Source of the DNA: an uncultured Burkholderiales bacterium
GTDB taxonomy: Bacteria; Pseudomonadota; Gammaproteobacteria; Burkholderiales; SHXO01
Assembly: GCA_964386195.1 (NCBI GenBank)
Contig: CAYLTE010000004.1
Span: 1 to 54,027, forward strand
Direction of reading: 5' to 3'
Length of the DNA: 54,027 nt
The notes under the pieces are model-generated. The model was not told where the DNA came from. It was given only the letters and a program-made list of their open reading frames with translations, and ran no database searches. Of this stretch, positions 42,765 to 50,319 are shown one piece after another. Each line of letters begins with the position of its first letter. Positions within the stretch are counted from its first letter, which is position 1. The position numbers and the translations under genes were made by a program.

Positions 42765-45152
42765 GTGCGCCGCAGACATCTTCGACCTTCCCACCCCCAA
42801 CCGCCGGATCGACCGGGCGTATCGCCATCATCGCCTCGCCGGTGGATTCTCGCTGGGCTGGCAGGGCTGATCCTCGTCGCGATCGCGGCTGTCCTCATCC
42901 TGCGAGAGGAGCGTGGTCCGATGCCGTCGGCATCCGAGATGCCGCCTGCGCATCATGTCGGCAGCGCCACGTGCAAGACCTGCCACGAGGCTGCGTTTTC
43001 CGCCTGGCAGCGCTCCCATCATGCACAGGCCATGGCCCCCGCAGACGACGCGACGGTGCTGGGCCGCTTCGACGGGGCCAAGCACCGCTACGCACAGGTG
43101 ACATCCACCTTTACACGCAAGGACGACACCTTCGTGGTGAATACCGACGGCGCCGATGGGCAACTCTCCGACTTCGTCGTGCGTTACACCTTCGGAGTGA
43201 CGCCGCTGCAGCAGTACCTGGTCGCCCTCCCGGGCGGCCGCCTGCAGGCGCTGGGACTTGCCTGGGATGCGCGGGCGGCCGATCGCGGCGGGCAGCGCTG
43301 GTTCCATCTCTATCCCGGGCAGGACATCCGGCACGACGATGCGCTGCACTGGACCGGCTTGCAGCAGAACTGGAACTTCATGTGCGCCGATTGTCATTCC
43401 ACGGCGCTGCGCAAGGGCTACGATCCAGCCACCCGGCAGTATCGCAGCCAGTGGTCCGAGATCAGCGTGGGCTGCGAGGCCTGTCACGGTCCTGCCTCCA
43501 ACCATCTGTCGTGGGCGAACAGGCAAGGCGACTGGAAGCGCTTCGACGCGCCGGGTCGAGGCTTTCGTGTCAGATACGACGAGCGCGCAGGCGTCGCCTG
43601 GCTCATCGATCCGGCCACCGGCATCGCGCAACGAAGCGAGCCGCGCGAGAGCGCCAAGGAAATTTCGACGTGCGCGCAGTGCCATGCGCGCCGCGCGCAG
43701 TTCTCCGAGGACTACGAACCCGGCCGGCCCATCGGCGATGCCTATCGGGTATCGCTGCTGGACGAGGGCCTGTACTGGCGCGACGGGCAGATGCGCGACG
43801 AAGTGTTCAATCACGGCTCCTTCCTGCAGAGTCGGATGAACGCCAAGGGTGTGACCTGCAGCGACTGCCACGAACCGCACTCCGGCAATCTGCGCGCGTC
43901 GGGCAACGCTGTGTGCACGCAGTGCCATGCCAGCACCCGCTACGACGTTGCCGCGCACCACCACCATGAGCAGGAGTCGGAAGGGGCGCGCTGCGCCGCC
44001 TGCCACATGCCGCCGACCACCTACATGGTGGTCGATCCGCGCCACGACCACAGCATGCGGGTGCCACGCCCCGACCTGTCCGTGCACATGGGTACGCCGA
44101 ACGCGTGCAACACCTGCCACGTCGATCGCGAACCCGAATGGGCGGCAAAGGCGATCGCAACGTGGACCGGCGGACGCGAGCCGGCCGGGTTCCAGTCCTT
44201 CGCCGATGCGTTCCATGCCTGGGCGCGCTACGAACCGGCAGCCCGCCCCAAGCTGCTGACGCTGGTCGAGGACCGGACGCAGCCGGCGATCGTGCGTGCG
44301 AGTGCACTGGCGCGCCTTGCACGCGACCCGCAGCCGAGCGTGATCGATGCGGCGGCGATGGCGCTCAACGACGCGGATGAGCTGGTGCGCAGGGCCGCTG
44401 TGGATCTGCTCGCCGCCACCGATGTCGCAACGCGTGTGCGGTACCTGCCGCGAATGACTGTCGATCCGGTACGCGCCGTGCGCATCGCCGCGGGCCGTGC
44501 GCTGGCCGCGGTGCCGGGCGCGCAGTTGCCCGAGGCGCACCGTGCAGCGGCCTCGAAGGCACTGGAGGAGTACGTCGCTGCGCAGCACTACAACGCCGAC
44601 CGGCCCGAGTCGCACCTGAACCTCGGTGCGCTCCATCAGGAACTGGGCCAGCTGGATGTGGCGGAGGCTGACTATCTGCGTGCGATCGAGCTGTATCCGG
44701 GGGCAGCACAGGGTTGGATCAACCTCGCCGACCTGCATCGCGTGCGCGGAGACGAAGACAAGGTGCGCAGCGTGCTCGCGGACGGTCTGCGCAGGCAGCC
44801 GCAGTCCGCGCCGCTGCACCACGCGCTGGGACTGTCATACGTGCGTACGCAACAGCGTCGTGAAGCGATCGCGGCGCTCGCGTCCGCCGCACGCTTGGCG
44901 CCCGACGAGCCGCGTTACGCCTATGTGTACGGCGTCGCGCTGCATTCGTACGGCGATGACGGCGCAGCCTCGGCGGTGCTGGAGTCGGCGCATCGGCGCT
45001 TCCCCGGGGAGCCCGACATCCTGCGGGCGTTGGCGAGCATGGCGCAGGCGCGCGGAGATCTCGTCCGGGCACGCAGGTTCGCCGAGCGACTGGTCGAGCT
45101 TTCGCCCGGCGATGCGCAGGCGCAGCAACTCCTGCGCGGGCTCGAGCAGTGA
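42765..45152 (+). CDS. membrane-anchored octahaem c-type cytochrome fused to HEAT-like and TPR repeats
   Basis: 795 aa. N-terminal TM helix WILAGLAGLILVAIAAVLIL. Eight CxxCH motifs: CKTCH, CADCH, CEACH, CAQCH, CSDCH, CTQCH, CAACH, CNTCH. Then HEAT-like repeats (DADELVRRAAVDLL, DPVRAVRIAAGRAL) and TPR repeats to the C-terminus. GTG start, uncertain. Confidence 0.8.
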   Translation: MRRRHLRPSHPQPPDRPGVSPSSPRRWILAGLAGLILVAIAAVLILREERGPMPSASEMPPAHHVGSATCKTCHEAAFSAWQRSHHAQAMAPADDATVLGRFDGAKHRYAQVTSTFTRKDDTFVVNTDGADGQLSDFVVRYTFGVTPLQQYLVALPGGRLQALGLAWDARAADRGGQRWFHLYPGQDIRHDDALHWTGLQQNWNFMCADCHSTALRKGYDPATRQYRSQWSEISVGCEACHGPASNHLSWANRQGDWKRFDAPGRGFRVRYDERAGVAWLIDPATGIAQRSEPRESAKEISTCAQCHARRAQFSEDYEPGRPIGDAYRVSLLDEGLYWRDGQMRDEVFNHGSFLQSRMNAKGVTCSDCHEPHSGNLRASGNAVCTQCHASTRYDVAAHHHHEQESEGARCAACHMPPTTYMVVDPRHDHSMRVPRPDLSVHMGTPNACNTCHVDREPEWAAKAIATWTGGREPAGFQSFADAFHAWARYEPAARPKLLTLVEDRTQPAIVRASALARLARDPQPSVIDAAAMALNDADELVRRAAVDLLAATDVATRVRYLPRMTVDPVRAVRIAAGRALAAVPGAQLPEAHRAAASKALEEYVAAQHYNADRPESHLNLGALHQELGQLDVAEADYLRAIELYPGAAQGWINLADLHRVRGDEDKVRSVLADGLRRQPQSAPLHHALGLSYVRTQQRREAIAALASAARLAPDEPRYAYVYGVALHSYGDDGAASAVLESAHRRFPGEPDILRALASMAQARGDLVRARRFAERLVELSPGDAQAQQLLRGLEQ

Positions 45153-45206
45153 TCTTCGCCAGTCGGGCGCCGATCGCTACCGGAATCCGCTTCCGCTTCG
45201 GCCGGA

Positions 45207-46049
45207 CTACTTCGGAAAAAGGAGTACGACGGTGAGCCGGAATCCCCAGCCCTCAGGGCCGTTGTCCGTGCTCGAGAGGTAATAGCGGGGTCCCGCGCTG
45301 AACTGCATCGCCTGGCCCCCGATGCTGGCCACCTTGTTGACGAACACGCCCAGCGGGATGCTCCAGTCGTCGCTCTTCCAGTCGTAGGTCGAGTCCGCCG
45401 TGACGGTAACGCCCCAGGCACTCGGCCAGGTATAGGTGAAGAACGGCTGCACGAACGAACTGCTGACGTCCGGACGATCGTCGTCCCCTGCGAACGACCG
45501 GATGTGATTGCCAAGCATCCCGTAGGTAATGGGGCCTTGCTGACGCAGGGCCACTGCGGTGGGTCCCGCGCCCCACTTTCGCCCCGTCAACAGCCGGTCG
45601 GTGCCGGTAGGGATGAGGAACACCGGTCCTGCGCCCCAGATCCAGCCGCTGGCCGTCGGCGCCTTGGGCGAGAAAAACAGGCTCTGTACGGTGTCGCCGA
45701 GTCCGAACTGATCGCCCGAGCCCGGGAAGATGTCGCTCTGGTCGACGATGGGAAGGATGGTCCGGGAGATGAGGTTCCAGTCGGGGTTGATCGAGATCGG
45801 AACCACCGGCTGGAAGTTCAGCGTGTAGCGACGCCCGTCGTCAGCAGGTCCGATGTCGCGGTCCCAGTTCGATTGAAAAGGCACGCTGATGAGGGCGGCG
45901 ATCGGGTTGGCGAGTTGCTTGGCGAGATCCTCGGCCTGCTGCGCGCAGGCATGCAACGACATGCCAAACAATGTCAGCGCGACGAGCGCACGCCGGATCA
46001 CCTGGTCGAATGTCGCCGCGACGGCGCGCGCCAAGGCGCTCGCCCCCAT
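45207..46049 (-). CDS. outer-membrane beta-barrel protein (MetA-pathway/phenol-degradation-like transporter family)
   Basis: 280 aa. Signal peptide ending ...LHACAQQ. LANPIAALISVPFQSNWD, alternating beta-strand pattern, C-terminal ...LTVVLLFPK (aromatic near the terminus). The ATG is 1 nt after the HAD gene stop. Confidence 0.7.
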   Translation of the reverse strand: MGASALARAVAATFDQVIRRALVALTLFGMSLHACAQQAEDLAKQLANPIAALISVPFQSNWDRDIGPADDGRRYTLNFQPVVPISINPDWNLISRTILPIVDQSDIFPGSGDQFGLGDTVQSLFFSPKAPTASGWIWGAGPVFLIPTGTDRLLTGRKWGAGPTAVALRQQGPITYGMLGNHIRSFAGDDDRPDVSSSFVQPFFTYTWPSAWGVTVTADSTYDWKSDDWSIPLGVFVNKVASIGGQAMQFSAGPRYYLSSTDNGPEGWGFRLTVVLLFPK

Positions 46050-46050
46050 C

Positions 46051-47046
46051 TCAGCGACCGGGGTCGGGATAGACGCGTTTCCAGTCGCGCTGCATGCTCA
46101 CCACCGTCCATCCGCGCGCATCGGCTTCGTCCAGTCCACGCACGAGTTTGCCGATGTGGGAATCGCGGTCGTAGGCGAACTCCCGTTGGCTGTCGTCATG
46201 GTGCACCAGCACGCCGAGCGTGGGCCGCGACTGCGAGGTCACCCACTCGAGCATCTCGAAATCCCCGTCCGAGTTGCCGAACGCGGCGATCGGCCGCCGC
46301 CCGATGAACTTGTGGATGCCGACCGGCTTGCCGGCCTTGTCGTCGATGAAATCGATCTTCGGCAACCGGACGATTGCCGGCGTGCCGTCGCGCACCTCGT
46401 AGCGGGTCTCGATGCTGCTGCCGACGACCTGCTCGGGAGGGATGCCGTACACCGATTCCGCCCAGGCGCGCACGAACTCGACACCGCCGCCCGAAACGAT
46501 GTAAGTCTTGAATCCGTTTGCGCGCAGGTACTCGAGCAGCTCCAGCATGGGCTGGTACACCATGTCCGTGTAGGCACGCTTCGTCACGGGATGACGGGCA
46601 GCGGCGATCCACTCGCGCACCGTGGCATCGAACGCGTCGGCGGTCATCCCCGCGTGGGACGCCATCACCAACTCTGCCAGTCCCTTCTCGCCGGAGGCCG
46701 CGAGGGTTTTCATGTCACCCTCGATGGCGGCCTTGAAGGGTTGCTGGGTTTTCCATTCGGGGTGTTCCGGTGCCATGGCCCGCACCCGATCCAGCGCGAA
46801 CAGCAACTGGAAATAGGCCGGCTGCTCGGACCAGAGCGTACCGTCGTTGTCGAAGGTCGCGATGCGCTCTGTTGCTGGCACGAAATCAGAAGAGTTCGCG
46901 TCGGTCACCTTCTCGATGAAGGCGACGATGCGAGCCTTCGATTCGGAATCGTTCCACGAGGGCAGCGGGTCGGCTGCGCGGGTGGCAAAGGAAACGACGG
47001 CCAGCACCAGCGCAACGAAGACGGTCATCGCCGGGTGAGTTTTCAT
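46051..47046 (-). CDS. secreted HAD-superfamily hydrolase
   Basis: Trimmed to the ATG at 47044-47046 (MKTHPAMTVFVALVLAVVSFATRA...). Motif I is FDNDGTLW. ...IVSGGG..., and motif IV is FGNSDGDFEML. Confidence 0.8.
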   Translation of the reverse strand: MKTHPAMTVFVALVLAVVSFATRAADPLPSWNDSESKARIVAFIEKVTDANSSDFVPATERIATFDNDGTLWSEQPAYFQLLFALDRVRAMAPEHPEWKTQQPFKAAIEGDMKTLAASGEKGLAELVMASHAGMTADAFDATVREWIAAARHPVTKRAYTDMVYQPMLELLEYLRANGFKTYIVSGGGVEFVRAWAESVYGIPPEQVVGSSIETRYEVRDGTPAIVRLPKIDFIDDKAGKPVGIHKFIGRRPIAAFGNSDGDFEMLEWVTSQSRPTLGVLVHHDDSQREFAYDRDSHIGKLVRGLDEADARGWTVVSMQRDWKRVYPDPGR

Positions 47047-47076
47047 GCGGAGCCTCCGTGGGGAAAGCCAGACGGC

Positions 47077-47242
47077 GTGGCGGCGCAAGCCGCCAGGGCG
47101 GTGTGGGGTGATGCCGGAGTAACCACCCCGCCGCCTGCGGCGGCACCCCTCCTTGAAAAGGAGGGGAAGGGTATGCCATGCACGTTTCCCCGCCTCTCAC
47201 GAGGCGGGGTGGCGGCGCAGCCGCCGGGGTGGTGTGGGGTGA
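47077..47242. repeat. array of GC-rich hairpins bracketed by a ~34-nt direct repeat, inside the sulfatase-HAD intergenic gap
   Basis: Direct repeat GTGGCGGCGCA(A)GCCGCC.GGG.GGTGTGGGGTGA at 47077-47111 and 47209-47242. Between the copies are hairpins CCGCC-TGC-GGCGG, CCCCTCC-TTGAAAA-GGAGGGG and CCCCGCCTC-TCAC-GAGGCGGGG. Confidence 0.6.
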
Positions 47243-47244
47243 AG

Positions 47245-48846
47245 TCAGTTGCCGCCCATGTTCATCTGCTTGATCGCGTGCTCCAGGCTCGACAGGCTCC
47301 AGTCACCCGGCGCCTGGCTGGGCGGAAACTCCTTCAACGTCATGAGGAATTTGCTCGCCACGACCTGCATGGGCCCGAGCAGATAGGCGCGGTCGATATA
47401 CCAGTCCTCGTAGGTGTTGGAGCCGATCTTCGCCTTCTCGAACGGGTCCCGACGCAGGTTGTAGAGGTCCGGTGCGCGCAGCGCCACGAAGGGCTCCTTC
47501 CAGATCTGCAGCCGGTTGGCCCGGTTCTCCAGGTACATCGCCTTCCAGTCGCCTACACGGATCGCCGCCACGTTGCCGCCATCGTCCACGTAGATGAACT
47601 CCTTGCGTGGCGACTGCTTCGACTTGCCGGTCAGGTAGTCGAGCTGGTTGTAGCCGTCGATGTAGTTCTTGTAGGTGCGCCCGTTCAGCTCGACGCCCTT
47701 GCGCAGTTTCTCCTTGATGTCCGGCGCGCCGGCGACCGCAGCGAACGTGGGCAGCCAGTCCTCGTGCGAGACGATCCCGTTGAGCGTCACACCGGCCGGA
47801 AACTGACCGGGCCAGCGCACGAAAGCGGGAACCCGGTAAGCACCCTCCCAGCTCGAATTCTTCTCGCCGTGGAAGGGCGTCGTACCGGCATCCGGCCAGG
47901 TGTTGTAGTGCGGTCCGTTGTCGGTCGAGTACTGCACGATGGTGTTCTCGGCCAGGCCCAGTTCGTCCAGCACCGCGAGGAGCTTGCCGACCATGCCATC
48001 GTGCTCGACCATGCCGTCGTGATACTCGTCACCGCTGGGCCCGCTGATGCCCTTGTTCGCCTCCTTCACGTGCGTGCGGAAGTGCATGCGCGTCGCGTTC
48101 CACCAGACGAAGAACGGCTTGCCCGCCGCATGCTGGCGCTTGATGAAATCGATCGCCGCGTCGAGGGTCTCCTCGTCGATCGTCTCCATGCGCTTCTTGG
48201 TGAGGGGGCCGGTGTCCTCGCAGGACTGGCCGCCCTTGCCATCGGCCTTGCACTTGAGCACGCCGCGCGGCCCGAACTGCTCGCGGAAGGTCTTGCCGTT
48301 CGCCAGCACCATGTCGCTCGGATAGTCACGGTTCTCGGGCTCCTCCTCGGCGTTGAGGTGATACAGGTTGCCGAGGAACTCGTCGAAGCCGTGCATCGTC
48401 GGGAGATGCTCGTCGCGATCGCCCTGGTGGTTCTTGCCGAACTGGCCCGTCGTATAGCCCTGGCTCTTCAGTACCGTGGCCATGGTCACGTCGCTCTTCT
48501 GCCAGCCTTCCTTTGCGGCAGGCATGCCGACCTTCGTCATGCCGGTGCGTACCGGGACCGAACCGTTGATGAACGCGGCGCGTCCTGCCGTGCAGCTCTG
48601 CTGGCCGTAGTAGTCGGTGAAGCCCACACCCTCCTGGGCGATGCGGTCGATGTTGGGCGTGCGGTACCCCATCATCCCGCGGTTGTTGTGGCTGATATTC
48701 CAGGTGCCGATGTCGTCACCCCAGATGACGAGGATGTTCGGCTTGGACTGCGCGGTGGCGAGGCCGGGGAGCGCCATCACGGCAAACAGGATCAGCGCGG
48801 CGAGGCGCTGTACGGACGATACGGCTGACGGACGAGAGAGGTGCAT
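47245..48846 (-). CDS. arylsulfatase (formylglycine-dependent sulfatase family), secreted
   Basis: 533 aa. Signal peptide ...ALPGLATAQS. NILVIWGDDIG, active-site segment QQSCTAGRAAFINGS, GKNHQGD. AAGGAG RBS. Confidence 0.88.
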   Translation of the reverse strand: MHLSRPSAVSSVQRLAALILFAVMALPGLATAQSKPNILVIWGDDIGTWNISHNNRGMMGYRTPNIDRIAQEGVGFTDYYGQQSCTAGRAAFINGSVPVRTGMTKVGMPAAKEGWQKSDVTMATVLKSQGYTTGQFGKNHQGDRDEHLPTMHGFDEFLGNLYHLNAEEEPENRDYPSDMVLANGKTFREQFGPRGVLKCKADGKGGQSCEDTGPLTKKRMETIDEETLDAAIDFIKRQHAAGKPFFVWWNATRMHFRTHVKEANKGISGPSGDEYHDGMVEHDGMVGKLLAVLDELGLAENTIVQYSTDNGPHYNTWPDAGTTPFHGEKNSSWEGAYRVPAFVRWPGQFPAGVTLNGIVSHEDWLPTFAAVAGAPDIKEKLRKGVELNGRTYKNYIDGYNQLDYLTGKSKQSPRKEFIYVDDGGNVAAIRVGDWKAMYLENRANRLQIWKEPFVALRAPDLYNLRRDPFEKAKIGSNTYEDWYIDRAYLLGPMQVVASKFLMTLKEFPPSQAPGDWSLSSLEHAIKQMNMGGN

Positions 48847-49046
48847 CGGGCGTCTCCTTTGCGCGGTTTGTATTATTTTTATGCAGAACGTTGATGATCA
48901 GGGGGAATGGTCCGCGAGCCGGGCGGTCGAGTCAAATGAAAGTTTCGACGGCCGGGATGCGCGCATGCGCCGAGCATTCGGGTTGCCGAGTGCCATCCCT
49001 CGACCCGGTCCGCCGGAAATGCTGCCTGGCGCTCTACAATGAAGCG

Positions 49047-49427
49047 ATGAGCGATACGGTCTTCAACGAAAAGAACGTCCTGGGCGGCGCCCTGCAGTCG
49101 TGCAGCTACGATCCGCTGACCGGGTATTTCCGGGATGGCTGCTGCGCCACCTACGGCGAAGCGGACGTCGCCCATCTGGTGTGCGTGAAAGTTACGGCCG
49201 AGTTCCTGGAATTCTCGATGTCGCGCGGGAACGATCTGAGCACTCCGCGCCCCGAGATGCGCTTCAAGGGACTGAAGCCGGGCGACCGCTGGTGCCTGCA
49301 CGTGCTGCGCTGGGTGGAGGCGTGGGAGGCGGGCAAGGCACCCGCCGTCGTCCTCGAGGCAACTCACGAGAACGTCCTGCGCTACGCACCGCTCTCGGCA
49401 CTCAAGCGCTACGCGCTCAGTTCCTGA
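49047..49427 (+). CDS. DUF2237-family protein
   Basis: ORF 48891..49427 trimmed to the ATG at 49047 (MSDTVFNEKNVLGGALQSCSYDPLTGYFRDGCCATYGEADVAHLVCVKVTAEFLEFSMSRGNDLSTPRPE..FKGLKPGDRWCLHVLRWVEAWEAGKAPAVVLEATHE). Confidence 0.8.
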   Translation: MSDTVFNEKNVLGGALQSCSYDPLTGYFRDGCCATYGEADVAHLVCVKVTAEFLEFSMSRGNDLSTPRPEMRFKGLKPGDRWCLHVLRWVEAWEAGKAPAVVLEATHENVLRYAPLSALKRYALSS

Positions 49428-49536
49428 GCCTCTGAACCAACCCATCAGATCGCGCGCTCGTTCGAACCGGGTTCCCGGCTTGAGCAATGGGGATGGTTGC
49501 CCTTATGCTCTTTTTGTACTTTGGACGGAGGCGCAC

Positions 49537-50187
49537 GTGCAGTTCAGAGTCAGGCCGATTCATTTGCTATTAGGTGTCGGGGCGCTGACGCTCGCCGCCT
49601 GCACCGTGGCACCGCAGCGTTACTCGACGCCGCAGGCTCAAACTTTCAGTCTGTTGCACGGCGACCTCGAAACGGGCGGACTCGCTTTTCTGACTCCCTC
49701 GACGGTCACCGGTCAAGAGGAAGACAAGCAAGCCCTGGCGCTGATCTTCTACAGCGAGGTGGCGCGGCAACGTCCCGAGTTTCGACTGCTGCCGCTGTCA
49801 GCCACCATCAGCGCCGTGAACCGAGAGGGGCTGACCGATGCGTATAAGGGCATCTATCGAGAATACCGCGACACCGGGGTGTTCGATCCGACGGCGTTAG
49901 GGCAGATCTCGCAGGCCACGGGTATGCGCTTCCTCGGGCAACTGAAGATGGCTGCTTTCTGGCAACGCAATAGTGGTCGTTTCGGTATCTTCGGCTTGGA
50001 TATCATGAAGACCCAGGCCGCCACGATCCGCCTCTATTTTCAGATCTGGGACGCGAGCACGGGCACCATCGCATGGGAGGGCGCGGAAGAATTGGCTGCC
50101 GCGCACGACACGTTGGCCGAGAAAACGGTCACGTTCAAATCAGTAGTGGAGGAGGCGGCGCGTGAGTTGATTCAGCTCCTGCCCTGA
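49537..50187 (+). CDS. hypothetical lipoprotein (216 aa)
   Basis: GTG at 49537 preceded by GGACGGAGG. Lipobox LTLAAC. Visibly more A/T-ending codons than its neighbours (tta, ttg, aat, tat, ttt). No family recognised. Confidence 0.6.
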   Translation: MQFRVRPIHLLLGVGALTLAACTVAPQRYSTPQAQTFSLLHGDLETGGLAFLTPSTVTGQEEDKQALALIFYSEVARQRPEFRLLPLSATISAVNREGLTDAYKGIYREYRDTGVFDPTALGQISQATGMRFLGQLKMAAFWQRNSGRFGIFGLDIMKTQAATIRLYFQIWDASTGTIAWEGAEELAAAHDTLAEKTVTFKSVVEEAARELIQLLP

Positions 50188-50196
50188 CATGGGGCA

Positions 50197-50308
50197 TGGG
50201 AGGCGGGCAAGGCGCCCGCCGCCGTGCTCGAAGCCAAGCCACTTGAACGTGCTTCGATACGCGCCCCTCTCTGCGCTCGAGCGCTACGCGCTGGACGCGA
50301 AGTCCTAG
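50197..50308 (+). pseudogene. decayed 3'-terminal fragment of a second DUF2237 gene
   Basis: Hand alignment to 49323-49418 gives 78 matches, 18 mismatches and 1 indel (about 80 percent). It translates as WEAGKAPAAVLEA, then after a +1 shift SHLNVLRYAPLSALERYALDAKS*, compared with WEAGKAPAVVLEATHENVLRYAPLSALKRYALSS* in the intact gene. No 5' part is present. Confidence 0.65.
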
Positions 50309-50319
50309 CGCGGGTTCGG

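Noticed and set aside
47077-47242. Possible CRISPR array or other spaced-repeat locus.
   Set aside because: There are only two copies of the ~34-nt repeat. The single intervening segment is itself made of hairpins. There are no cas genes in the window. No other regularly spaced repeats were seen anywhere in the 54 kb.
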